A stretch of DNA of 62,794 bases, the filler included, from an uncultured Synergistales bacterium (GTDB lineage Bacteria > Synergistota > Synergistia > Synergistales > Aminobacteriaceae), in NCBI GenBank assembly GCA_937897575.1. It is 7 parts of 7 records of this genome, joined end to end, with 100 filler letters (N's around TTAATTAATTAA, not from the genome) between each part and the next. Parts side by side here need not be neighbours in the genome. Positions count along the whole stretch, not along the records: positions 27,171 to 49,499 come from CALCQG010000006.1; positions 49,600 to 57,085 come from CALCQG010000008.1; 5 more parts are not named here. One strand, 5' to 3'. Positions within the stretch are counted from its first letter, which is position 1. The number at the start of each line of letters is the position of its first letter. Of the stretch, positions 40,230 to 50,467 are shown piece by piece. The translations under genes and the position numbers were made by a program. Below the pieces are notes generated by a model. It was given only the letters and a program-made list of their open reading frames with translations, had not been told where the DNA came from and did not search any database.

Positions 40230-40780
40230 AGGACGCACGGAAAAGACCGGATACGATAACGGTAGCTGCCTCGAACCCGGGGTCTATCACGCGCTTGGGC
40301 CTCCAGCTCCTCGAGGTGAAAGAGGACGTGAAGTTCAAGATCGCGAGCCAATCGGGCGGAGAATCCAAAGGACCTTCCCTTGTCGCGGGAGGACATGTGG
40401 ATGCGTGCCAGGCTGCCCCGGTTACAGCTAAATCCCTTTACGAGGCCGGCGAGATCCGACCCCTGGGCGTGATGAGCGAGGTCCGTGTCGAAGCCTTCCC
40501 GGACATCCCGACCTTCATGGAACAGGGTTACGATGTGGTCATGCACAACACGCGGCAGATCCTGGCCCCAAAAGGGACGCCCAAAGAAGTGGTGGACAAG
40601 TTGTACAGTGCTTTCAAGGCGGCTACCGAAAGTGAGACCTTCAAGAGGTTTATGAACGAATCCGGCTCGATGATCCTGAGCTGGAACTCCGAGGAGTCCA
40701 AAGAGTTTTTGACCAAACAGGATGCCCAGTTCAAGGACCTATTGCAGCAGGTTGGGCTGTATAAAGAGGTCAGCAAGTAG
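40230..40780 (+). pseudogene. 5'-truncated TctC/Bug solute-binding protein
   Basis: C-terminal half only (EDARKRPDTIT, RPLGV..R...FPDIPTFMEQGYDV, APKGTPKEVV); no signal peptide or N-lobe. Confidence 0.8.
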
Positions 40781-41455
40781 CAGCACACGGCACATTCGCT
40801 CAAGCGACAGTCTCCGCCGCATGGTTACACAGATTCCTTGCGATCATGCGGCGGAGACTGTTTTGTGGACTCTTCACGGGGAAAGTTGCGCAGTACAAAC
40901 GTACACGAAAAATGGGCGAGAAGCCTTTTGATATGTTTACAGCGGAGTGCAGCGGAAAGATGAAAGACAGTGGCATTGGGCTGCGTACGTCTTTTTGTCA
41001 ATCGTATGAGACGGACGTAACGGAGTACATTTACCAAAGGGTTCTGGTGGTGCGCATCTCTTTACTATGCGCTTGTTACAGTCTTCAATCCGAAGTATGT
41101 TATTATCGTTAGTATTAAGTACGGTAACCATGCTATTCACGAAAACGCAGGATGAGGAGAGAACACGTAGGCGACCTCCCGGAGGCGACGGGATGGTTAT
41201 CTGCGGCACAGGCGAAAGATCGAGAGACGAGGCGTGGATGGGACGGTATTTCGAATCAGGAAGAGTGGGCTCTTTTCTTGCCTCGCAGTGAGGTGTTCGA
41301 TCATCAACGGAGTATTTCTGCCGCACGCTGCTTGCTCTATGGTCCGATGACAAGCCTGACGGACGTGATGTGGTATGTATGATATGATAAGCGGGCTGCG
41401 TATGGTATACCACCACAGGTGGACATGTGGATCTGCTCCACAGGAGGACTCTGCA

Positions 41456-42772
41456 TTGAAATACAGCATCCCATATGGTGACGACGTTATTTCGTTTGAT
41501 ACGTTCGCAAACAAGGTGCTTTTCGAGGGGGATATGGTCAGCATCCCTCCTGTTTGTGATTTTAAAAGTGAGCTTCTCCGGTCGCTGGACTCCCCGATCG
41601 CCTCGGTCTCTCTTGCGACCCTTGCCAAGGGAAAGAGGGACATTCTTATTCTCGTGGAGGACAATACGCGGGACACTCCGCTGACGGATATTCTGCCCGT
41701 TGTCACGGACTACCTCAAGGCTTCCGGTGTACCTGCAAGCGCCATACGGTTCATGATCGCCCACGGGACCCACCGTCTGATGACCGACGAAGAGATCCGT
41801 AAAAAACTCGGGGATTTCATCGTCGACAACTTCACCGTCTATCAGCACGAGGCAGCAGACGCAAATCAGATGGAGGACCTCGGCGAAATCGAAATGGAGG
41901 GATACAACCTCCCCGTCCGAATCAATCGCCGCGCATTGGAGGCCGATCTTCTCATAGGCATAGGCAATATCATCCCCCACAGCGACGCGGGGTTTTCCGG
42001 AGGCGCGAAGATCGTCCAGCCCGGAATATGTGACTTCGTGACGACGCAGGCGACCCACAGAAGCGCGGGTTTTTGCCCCGACATCCCTCTCGGGATGCTT
42101 GACGGCAACCCATGCCGCGCGGGAATCGACGCCGTCGGTCGTGTGGCGAAGCTTGCTTTCATCATCAACGTGGTAAAAAATTGCGATGGTGAAGTGGCGG
42201 GTTTTTTCTGCGGCGATTATATGAAAGCGCACCGCGCAGGAGTGGAGCTCTCGCGAAAATCGTACAGCGTGGAGCTCGATGAACTCGCTGACATAGTGAT
42301 AGTCAGCTCCTCGCCCGCCGATATGGATTACTGGCAGGGTATCAAAGGGCTGACGTCCGCCTACTTTGCTGTGAAGCAGGGCGGTGCTGTGATTCTTGCC
42401 GCACCGTGCTATGAGGGGTTGGCCCATAACCACCCGCTGTACGCCCACTGGCTGGCACAACCGACGCATGTTCTTGTGGAGGCGATACAGGCCGCCTCTC
42501 CCCATGATCTGGAGACGGATATTATCTCCGCCGTGGTTGCACTCGGCAGTCGCCGCACTCTTGAAAGAGCCGAAGTGTACATGGTCAGTGACGGCCTTTC
42601 GGATCAGGAGATACGAGACATGGGGTATACTCCGACGGCTACCGTACAGGAGGCCTTGGATGCGGCGCTGACAAAACGCCCGGAGGCCACCATCGGCATT
42701 CTGCCTCTTGGCGGCATTTCCTTGCCTTTTTTGGCGAAGAACAGTATTCTTAAAAATAATTGTGGGGACTAA
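41456..42772 (+). CDS. larA: LarA family nickel-pincer 2-hydroxyacid racemase/epimerase (copy 1)
   Basis: AGGAGG + TTG start; EDNTR, HGTHR, PHSDAGFSGGAK, GGAVILAAPCYEG. Confidence 0.92.
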   Translation: MKYSIPYGDDVISFDTFANKVLFEGDMVSIPPVCDFKSELLRSLDSPIASVSLATLAKGKRDILILVEDNTRDTPLTDILPVVTDYLKASGVPASAIRFMIAHGTHRLMTDEEIRKKLGDFIVDNFTVYQHEAADANQMEDLGEIEMEGYNLPVRINRRALEADLLIGIGNIIPHSDAGFSGGAKIVQPGICDFVTTQATHRSAGFCPDIPLGMLDGNPCRAGIDAVGRVAKLAFIINVVKNCDGEVAGFFCGDYMKAHRAGVELSRKSYSVELDELADIVIVSSSPADMDYWQGIKGLTSAYFAVKQGGAVILAAPCYEGLAHNHPLYAHWLAQPTHVLVEAIQAASPHDLETDIISAVVALGSRRTLERAEVYMVSDGLSDQEIRDMGYTPTATVQEALDAALTKRPEATIGILPLGGISLPFLAKNSILKNNCGD

Positions 42773-43366
42773 AATTTTCAGTAGCGAGCTGGAATGTCGA
42801 TTCATCAGGAGTTCCAGGTTTTGTGGAGTCTTGACAGCGGGAAATTATCGCAAGTACTGCGGTAAGACGAGGACGATTTCCTGGTTGCATGCTGGCAGCC
42901 ATGAGGAAACTCCGCCGCGAAAAGTTTCTCCCGAATGTCACCCTGAACTGCAAGCCTTCGATACTTTGGTTTCTGTTCTATCGCACAATGGTTTGTCTCG
43001 TGGGAACTGTCAATTTTTAACCGACCGATGATATTCGGGGTGCTGGTCAAACAGGATTCCTCTCCTCTTGAGGGAGTTTTTTAATTTCTATGAGATGTAA
43101 TTCATGGAGAATCCTTGCGAACGAAGTGTATTTTTTCTCGAGTCATTGAACAGCCGAGATAATTTCTGCTGCGCACCAGGACGACGTTTTTCGATATTTT
43201 CCTTTTGAGCGCACCGCCGATCGATCATCGAAGGCCGCTTCTCTCGGCACGATGGGCCACGTTTTCGGTGTGCGATACGTCAGAGGACCATAGAAGGGTA
43301 CCATGCGGAGCTGTTGGAATACCCGACGATGGCTCATGAAAATAACGCAGAGAAAGGCGGTTTGAA

Positions 43367-44584
43367 ATGTACCTATCGGATGAAGAGAAACGAATACTTG
43401 ACGGTGCGCAAGGAGCGGGGAAACAGAAGGCCATGGAATTGCTCTATGCCCTTGGCCTTACCTTCGACGCGGAGAAGCTCATTCCCGTGAAGCGAGCCCA
43501 TGTGGCGCTCAGCGGGCAGGAGGGCGATACCTACTGGTGCGAACTCCTTCTCAACGGCGGCGCAACCTGTGTTGTTCCGCCGACGACGAACCCCTACTGG
43601 GACACGGCGTACCTGACGAAGTTCTTCGACGTGACGAAAGAAGAGCTCGATCTTGCAGAGCGCACGGGCGACGTCTACCGGCGCATCGGTGCGAAGCTGA
43701 CCTACCACTGTGCCCCAGGGCTCGGCACGAACGTCCCCTTCTTCGGTGAACACGTCGCCTTTTCGGAGTCCAGCGCTACTCCCTACGTCAACGGGGCGCT
43801 CGGCGCGCGCTCAAACCGCGAGTCCTCCGTGAGCGCCCTCGCGGCGGCGGTCATAGGCAAGACGCCCTATTACGGCTACCATCTCGACGAGTACCGGCTG
43901 GGAGACTTCCTCATCGACGTGGATGCGGATGTGAAAGACTGTTACGACTGGGGGATACTCGGTTATTGCGTGGGCAAGATAGCGGGGTCCCGCAACCCCG
44001 TTCTCCGCTTCAAAAAGGCAGTTCTTCCCACGGCGGAGGATTTCCTCTACTTTGGAGCTGAAGCGGCCACGAGCGGGGCTGTCGCCATGTACCACATGGT
44101 GGGCATCACTCCGGAGGCTCCTACGATTCAGGCGGCCTTCGGAGGCAAGCAAGTACCCTCCGCGGAGTATGTGATCACCGACAAAGAGCTTAAAGCCGAG
44201 GAGAACTCCCTGACACCCGCGACGGGCAAGATAAACCTCGTTATGCTCGGTTGCCCGCACTACACCTATAATCAGCTTCTGGAGGTCGAAAAACTTTTTG
44301 CGGGCAGGCATGTATCCCATGACACCGCCTTCTGGATACTGGCGGCTGCCGACGCGGTGGAGCTCGCGGAACGATCCTACCTGCGCCAACGCCTTGAATT
44401 GCTCGGAGTGCGCATGGTGGGCAACACCTGCATCGACGAACCCTGTTGGAAGTCCTTCGAGGGGGCTCTCGGCGTGACGGACTCGCCGAAATGCGCCTAT
44501 TACAGAGAACGTCGGGGACAGCCCTTCGCGATCCGAAGGCTCTCCGTGTGCGTCGAAGCTGCGATTAAAGGGAGGCTCGACTGA
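43367..44584 (+). CDS. Aconitase X catalytic (large) subunit
   Basis: MYLSDEEKRILDG, TTNP, HCAP, SESSA, LGARSNRE, YHMVGITPEA, LGCPH, NTC, TDSPK. Confidence 0.93.
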   Translation: MYLSDEEKRILDGAQGAGKQKAMELLYALGLTFDAEKLIPVKRAHVALSGQEGDTYWCELLLNGGATCVVPPTTNPYWDTAYLTKFFDVTKEELDLAERTGDVYRRIGAKLTYHCAPGLGTNVPFFGEHVAFSESSATPYVNGALGARSNRESSVSALAAAVIGKTPYYGYHLDEYRLGDFLIDVDADVKDCYDWGILGYCVGKIAGSRNPVLRFKKAVLPTAEDFLYFGAEAATSGAVAMYHMVGITPEAPTIQAAFGGKQVPSAEYVITDKELKAEENSLTPATGKINLVMLGCPHYTYNQLLEVEKLFAGRHVSHDTAFWILAAADAVELAERSYLRQRLELLGVRMVGNTCIDEPCWKSFEGALGVTDSPKCAYYRERRGQPFAIRRLSVCVEAAIKGRLD

Positions 44585-45018
44585 TGGCCGACAACATGAA
44601 GGTGTACAAGTGCCGCTCCATAGTGCGCGGAAGCGGCTCAGGCGAAGCTGTGGTCTCAAGGGATGCCATGTGTTTCTATCTCATCGACCCCGCCACCGGC
44701 ACGGTGATCGAGAGAAACCACGCGATACAGGGGAAGAGTGTGACGGGGAAGGTGCTCGTGGTCCAGTCGGGGAAAGGGAGCTCCGTTGTTCAGGTGGATG
44801 GGTTCTACCAGCTTTGGGTCAAGAACAATCTGCCGAGCGCCATCATCGTCAAGGAGGCGGAGCCGGTCATCGTCTCCTCCGCGGTCGTAGTGGGACTCAC
44901 CATGGTGGATCGTCTCGAGGAGGATCCTTTTGAGATTATCGCGGACGGGGACTACGTGGAAGTGGATGCTGACTCTCAAGAGGTACGGGTGTGGAAAGGG
45001 GGAAAATCTACGGACTGA
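44584..45018 (+). CDS. Aconitase X swivel (small) subunit, DUF126
   Basis: GSGSGEAVVS, IDPATGTV, GKSVTGKVL, GKGSS catalytic Ser motif; coupled to large subunit. Confidence 0.93.
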   Translation: MADNMKVYKCRSIVRGSGSGEAVVSRDAMCFYLIDPATGTVIERNHAIQGKSVTGKVLVVQSGKGSSVVQVDGFYQLWVKNNLPSAIIVKEAEPVIVSSAVVVGLTMVDRLEEDPFEIIADGDYVEVDADSQEVRVWKGGKSTD

Positions 45019-45076
45019 ACTTTGCAGTGTTTCTGCGTACATGTTTCCACGTGACAAAAACTAAGGAGGGAAAAGG

Positions 45077-46060
45077 ATGAAGAAGATTCTATCGGCAGTT
45101 GTATTCCTGGCAATCATGGCGGCAGGCGCGGCGTTCGCCGCTCCCGAGTACACCATTAAAGTCGGCTACATCGGTTCCGAGAGTCACCCCACCATGAAGG
45201 CCATGCAGGTCTTCGCCCAGGATGTGGAGACCGGTTCAAGCGGAAAGATCAAGGTGGAGCTCTACCCGAACGCGCAGCTCGGCGGCGACCGCGAGCTGGT
45301 CGAAGGGGTCCAGCTGGGGACCATCCAGATGGCCATTCCCTCCACGTCCGCTCTTGCGGGATTCGATAAGAGAATCCAGGTTCTCGACCTGCCGTACCTC
45401 TTCACCACGAGAGAAGCCGCTTTCGAGGCTGTTGACGGCGAGCTCGGGGAGATGCTCAACTCGTATCTCGCCAAGAAGGGGTTCGAAGTACTCGGATATC
45501 AGGAGAACGGTTTCCGTCATGTGACGAACAGCAAGCAGCCCATCAAAACCCCGGCGGACCTCAAGGGGCTCAAGATCCGTACCATGGAGAACCCCATGCA
45601 CCTCGCTTTCTTCAAGGAGCTTGGCGCGAACCCCACTCCCATGAGCTGGGGCGAACTCTACACGGCGCTGCAGCAGAAGACGGTGGACGCTCAGGAGAAC
45701 CCCTACGCCATGATCGACGACGGCAAGTTCTATGAAGTCCAGAAGTACGTCTCCGAGACCGGCCACGTCTTCTCCTATGAAATTCTCATCGCGAACAAGA
45801 AGTTCATGGAGAAGCTTCCGGAAGACCTCCGGGCCCTTGTTGTCAACGAAGCCCGAAAGGCCATAATGACCCAGCGCAGCAGCATGGAGAAGGAAGAGGC
45901 CGCGTTCAAGGCGAAGGTCATCGAGGCCGGACTCGAGGCGAACGATCTTACCGCTGAGGACAAAAAGCCTTTCGTCGAGGCCACGAAAAAGGTGTACTCT
46001 CAGTTCGAGGGAGACCTTGGAACGGAGATTATGGACATCGTAAAGAGAGTTCAGAAGTAA
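45077..46060 (+). CDS. dctP: TRAP substrate-binding protein DctP
   Basis: Signal peptide, YPNAQLGGD, ENGFRH, GLKIRTM, ELYTALQ..TVDAQENP. Confidence 0.95.
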   Translation: MKKILSAVVFLAIMAAGAAFAAPEYTIKVGYIGSESHPTMKAMQVFAQDVETGSSGKIKVELYPNAQLGGDRELVEGVQLGTIQMAIPSTSALAGFDKRIQVLDLPYLFTTREAAFEAVDGELGEMLNSYLAKKGFEVLGYQENGFRHVTNSKQPIKTPADLKGLKIRTMENPMHLAFFKELGANPTPMSWGELYTALQQKTVDAQENPYAMIDDGKFYEVQKYVSETGHVFSYEILIANKKFMEKLPEDLRALVVNEARKAIMTQRSSMEKEEAAFKAKVIEAGLEANDLTAEDKKPFVEATKKVYSQFEGDLGTEIMDIVKRVQK

Positions 46061-46083
46061 CTTTTTTGAGATGGAACATGGAC

Positions 46084-46109
46084 GGCGCGTCCCCGCAAGG
46101 GGACGCGCC
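46084..46109 (+). terminator. Perfect 11-bp hairpin with GCAA tetraloop between dctP and dctQ
   Basis: GGCGCGTCCCC-GCAA-GGGGACGCGCC with no downstream U-tract. Confidence 0.65.
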
Positions 46110-46143
46110 ATTATGAATGTCGCAACAGGAGGTTGTCATCGCA

Positions 46144-46629
46144 ATGACCATCAAGAAATTCCTGAATAATTTCGAGGAGTATTTTTGTGTCTGGACTATG
46201 GCCATTATGACCGTTCTGGTCTTCATCCAAGTCGTCATGAGATATGTCTTCTCGAACTCCCTGTCCTGGAGCGAGGAGCTCGCGCGCTTCATTTTTCTCT
46301 GGCTTTCCTGGATCGGAGCGAGTTACGCCGTGAAGGAACGCAGCCATTTTCGCGTTGAGATGTTCGCCAATATGATCAAAGGTCCGAACCGCAAGTACTT
46401 CGAGTACGGTATTCTTGCGGTCTGGTTTGTCTTCAGTTTCATCCTTACATGGCTCGGGACCAAACTCGTTCTTTTTATCTATGACACGGGGCAAGCTTCC
46501 GCCGCCATGGACATCCCCATGACGTGGCCCTACGCTTCGGTACCCGTCGGATGCGCACTTATGTGCATCCGTCTCCTTATCGAGGCGTACACAATATTCA
46601 AAAGCAAGCCTGCCGACTTCGCGAAGTAG
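46144..46629 (+). CDS. dctQ: TRAP small permease DctQ
   Basis: QVVMRY, WSEELAR, HFRVE; AGGAGG upstream of ATG 46144. Confidence 0.93.
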   Translation: MTIKKFLNNFEEYFCVWTMAIMTVLVFIQVVMRYVFSNSLSWSEELARFIFLWLSWIGASYAVKERSHFRVEMFANMIKGPNRKYFEYGILAVWFVFSFILTWLGTKLVLFIYDTGQASAAMDIPMTWPYASVPVGCALMCIRLLIEAYTIFKSKPADFAK

Positions 46630-46656
46630 CAAGGAAGAATTGGAGGATATAGACAA

Positions 46657-47937
46657 ATGGAGGCAGTTATTCTCTTCTCTCTGCTCATTGTGACTATAGG
46701 ACTCAGCATTCCCATCGGGATCACCCTGGGGCTCTCTACGGGTATTGCGATGTGGCTCACATCGGACATCCCCATGACGATGCTCGCACAGAAATCGGTA
46801 ACGGGGCTCGATTCATTTCCTCTCCTCGCTATTCCGTTCTTCATTCTCGCGGGAGCACTCATGTGCAACGGAGGCATCTCCCGACGCCTCGTCAACCTCG
46901 CCGAGAGCCTCGTGGGCTATATAACGGGCGGCCTCGCCATGGTCACCGTGCTCGCCTGCATGTTCTTTGCCGCGATCTCCGGCTCGGGACCCGCCACCGT
47001 GTCGGCCATCGGTTCCTTTATGATCCCCTCCATGAAAGAGCGGAAGTACGATGCGGGCTTCGCCGCGGCGATCACGGCGGCGGCGGGGACCATCGGGGTC
47101 ATCATCCCGCCCTCGATACCTTTTGTCATCTACTGCATCGTCGCCCAGTGCTCCATCGGAGACATGTTCATCGCAGGAATCATCCCGGGTATTATGATCG
47201 GCGTCGCTCTCATGCTTGTCTGCTACTTCACGGCGAAGAAGCACAACTATGTAAGCGTTTCCGAACGACCGAAGTTTGCCACGGTGTGGGTCGCTTTCAA
47301 GGAGGCTTTCTGGGCTCTGTTGGTCCCCGTCATCATTCTCGGTGGCATCTATGGCGGAATCTTTACGCCCACCGAAGCGGCGGTTGTAGCCGTCGTGTAC
47401 TCCATAATAATCGGCAAGTTTATCTATAAAGAACTGGACGGCAAGACAATCTACGAGTGTCTGCGCACGACAGGACTTATCAATGGAGCGACGGAGTTCA
47501 TGATCGGTCTTTCCATGGCATTCGCGAGCTATCTTGCCATGGCTCAGATACCGGTTCATATTGCCTCATGGATGATGGGTCTGGCTGACAGTCCTTTCAT
47601 CCTGATGCTGGCGATCAATATTTTTCTGCTCATCCTTGGGTGTTTCGTGGATAACATCGCTGCAGTCATCATTCTCACACCGATACTGCTGCCGGTAGTG
47701 AAGTCCATAGGCATCGACCCTATCCACTTCGGGCTGATAGTCACGGTGAACCTTGCCTGCGGTTTTATCTCGCCGCCCTACGGGATAAACCTCTTCGTAG
47801 CGTCGGCGATATCAGGAGAGAGTATAGAGCGTATCTCGCGAGCTATACTTCCCGCTTTTCTTGCCATGGTGGTTTGTTTGTTCATCTTCACGTATTTCCC
47901 TGTTTTCAGTTTGGGGCTGCTTAATCTCTTGAGATAG
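46657..47937 (+). CDS. dctM: TRAP large permease DctM
   Basis: LLAIPFFILAG, ISGSGPA, IIPPSI, FTPTEA, PPYGINLF. Confidence 0.96.
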   Translation: MEAVILFSLLIVTIGLSIPIGITLGLSTGIAMWLTSDIPMTMLAQKSVTGLDSFPLLAIPFFILAGALMCNGGISRRLVNLAESLVGYITGGLAMVTVLACMFFAAISGSGPATVSAIGSFMIPSMKERKYDAGFAAAITAAAGTIGVIIPPSIPFVIYCIVAQCSIGDMFIAGIIPGIMIGVALMLVCYFTAKKHNYVSVSERPKFATVWVAFKEAFWALLVPVIILGGIYGGIFTPTEAAVVAVVYSIIIGKFIYKELDGKTIYECLRTTGLINGATEFMIGLSMAFASYLAMAQIPVHIASWMMGLADSPFILMLAINIFLLILGCFVDNIAAVIILTPILLPVVKSIGIDPIHFGLIVTVNLACGFISPPYGINLFVASAISGESIERISRAILPAFLAMVVCLFIFTYFPVFSLGLLNLLR

Positions 47938-48222
47938 TTGCGTCGCTTGTCCTGATGTTTTGAATTGGGACGAATCGGTGTTTCCTGTGCCGTTACGGAA
48001 TTTGACTTGTCCCGGACGATGGATGTGCTGGGCAAGAGAAGGAGATGCCACAAGCGGCGGGCAGAGTTTTTTGTCATGCGCTCGCCGGGAAAGACTGTAT
48101 GCAACGCTCTGGACCAAACCATGGGCTACTTACTTTTCATGCGCAGAGCATGCCGTGGAGAGCTTCAGCGAACATATGTGACAGATGTCTGTGTAGTGCC
48201 AGACTTTTATGACAGGCACCCG

Positions 48223-49460
48223 CTACCTCTCCTGATATTCCAGGGCGATGTCCCCTCCCAGGACGAAGGAGAGCTCCAGCCCATCCGGGCCGACTGCAAA
48301 GGTGTCGAGGTCAAGGGACGCGACCCGGCCGTCGGATGTGAGCTCGGGGGAGAGGCGTTGTCCCTGGAAGGCCGATTCCAGGGCGTCCATGGCATCCTGG
48401 CGCAGGTCGCCGAGGGGGAAGACGAGTTTCTCTTCAATGGCGCTCGCGAGATAGGGCTTTGCCAGCCATGCCGCGGCCTTCAGGAGCCCCTTCGTGGTGT
48501 TCTCCTCGTAGGTCAGATCTGTTATGCGAAGCACGCGTTCCTCCCGGTCGTACCGAGGCGTCCCATGAAGGTATATCCTGCCCGACACGGGGCGGCTGAG
48601 CAGGGCCTTCCCCGAGATGTCCGCGGCGGCGACAAGCCTTCCCCGACTGGCGTAGAAGGCGAGCTTGTCCACGGTCACCGTTCCTCCCCCCGGAAGATCG
48701 ACGGGGGGAATGCCCTCTCTGGCGACGTACGCCGCAAGGGCCTTGTAGGAGAGAAGGGCCTCCACGTTGAGCAGGAAGCCCGTCGTCGTACCCTTGGGCA
48801 TGGCGTGCAGCCGGGGAAGTGGCGGTGAGGGAAGAGGCTCGGGGCGCTCCGACGCGATGGAGAGGGTGCTCCGGAGGGACAGGGTGGCGGTGAGCCGGCC
48901 GTCCTGGACGGTGACGGGCGGCGTCCCAGTCGAAAGAGGATGGATGAGGAGCCAAAGCTCCGGCGCGTCGTTCAGTCGGAAGGGGTGGTGCAGCCGTTCC
49001 CACTGGACCTGGGCATGCTCCTTGACCTTTGCCGAGGCGTTGAGGGCATCCTCCGCCCTCTTGACAAGCTTCGAGGCCTCCTTGTCCAGCATGGAGGAGA
49101 GCATGTTCGCGACGCCGATGGACTGGCCGAGGACGGTGAGGGACGGCTTGCTGTCCCACCGGAGGGTCACGGCGGGGTCGTTGAGGCGGATGGACCACCC
49201 CTCGTCGAGCCCTGGCGTGACCGCGACGGTGAGGACCCCGCTGCCGAAGGTCTCCTGCCGTGTTCTGGCGGGGATCTGCAGGACCTTTCCCTTCCAGGCG
49301 ATCATGGCCTCGAAGCGAAAGGGCAGCGAGAAGGCGGCCTTCCCATCCCGCAGATGCACAGCGAGAGGCCCCGTCTTCTCCAGCAGGATATCCGCCGTCC
49401 CTTCGCCGTAGCCGAGGCTCAGCCTCTCACCCTTCGCCTCGTACAGCGGGTTCGCGAGCT
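48223..49460 (-). CDS. DUF4403-like protein, 5'-truncated
   Basis: Frame stays open to the contig end; WERLHHPF.L...PELWLLIHP, GRIYLHGTPRYD...LRITDL pattern. Confidence 0.6.
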
Positions 49461-49694
49461 GGGTGTTTTCTGCGAGGTATTGCCTTTTGATACGCCGGTN
49501 NNNNNNNNNNNNNNNNNNNNNNNNNNNNNNNNNNNNNNNNNNNTTAATTAATTAANNNNNNNNNNNNNNNNNNNNNNNNNNNNNNNNNNNNNNNNNNNNC
49601 TATATTGCACAGAATTCTTTGTACAGGGAGCCGATGAAAACTTGACTATTCAGCCTTCTGAAACAGTCGCTCGTACGTCATGCTCCGGCGCCTG

Positions 49695-50288
49695 CTATCT
49701 GTTGTGGCTGTTGTGTCCCGGGTTCGCCACGGGGTCGATGGTGCTCACCCACCGGTTCGTGTAGTTGAAGTACCCCGCGACGAAGGCAGCCTCCAGGATC
49801 TCGTGGTCGTTGAACCCCGCCTCCCGAAGGTTCTCCACCTGCTGCTCCGTTATCTCCCTCGGGCGGGCCGTCACGAAGTAGGCGTAGTCGCACAGCGCGC
49901 GCTGCTTCTTCGTCAGCTTCGCCGACCGGTAGTTGTAGGTCAGCTGGTCCACCCAGACGGGGTCGCCGGTGAGCCCGCGGAGGACGTCGCTGTGGGTGGT
50001 CAGACAGTAGTTGCATCCGTTGGTGGACGAGACGACGAGCCCGATCATCTCCTTGTCGGCGTTGCTCAGGTGGCACGTCTCCGGCGTGAAAAGCGAAGCC
50101 TTCAGCTTCAGGAAGCCCATATACTGGGAGGCGTTGAGCGGCAACACCTTGAAGAGGTTGTTGATGAACCCCCAGTTCTTCTCCATGAACGCCACGTTCT
50201 CCTCAAAGAGCTTGAACTCCTCGTCCGTCATGTCGTCGCGGGACGGTTTTCGCAGAAGCGACAGCTGCTCGTCGAAGACCAGACTCAC
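49695..50288 (-). CDS. AhpD/CMD family peroxidase-related enzyme
   Basis: GFINN, LSNADKEMIG.VVS..NGCNYC..H, LREAGF.D.EI, YFNYTNR. Confidence 0.9.
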   Translation of the reverse strand: MSLVFDEQLSLLRKPSRDDMTDEEFKLFEENVAFMEKNWGFINNLFKVLPLNASQYMGFLKLKASLFTPETCHLSNADKEMIGLVVSSTNGCNYCLTTHSDVLRGLTGDPVWVDQLTYNYRSAKLTKKQRALCDYAYFVTARPREITEQQVENLREAGFNDHEILEAAFVAGYFNYTNRWVSTIDPVANPGHNSHNR

Positions 50289-50400
50289 ATCGATTCCCCC
50301 TTGAATAGAGTATTTCAGAAATGATACGGCCTCGCCTCATCTTTTGCAAGATTTCGTTTCCTGTTCCCGCAAGAGAAAACACGGACTCGGGCGTCCATGC

Positions 50401-50430
50401 AAAAAAAGAGACGGCCCTCACGACCGTCTC
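50401..50430 (-). terminator. Intrinsic terminator of the Na/Pi cotransporter gene
   Basis: Minus strand GAGACGG...CCGTCTC followed by T7. Confidence 0.8.
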
Positions 50431-50467
50431 CCGAGCGCTCCTCGAATCAACCGCAGAAGATCGTCTC

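Noticed and set aside
40971..40985. Sigma54 promoter candidates (also near 33322)
   Set aside because: GG-to-GC spacing is 9 rather than 10 nt
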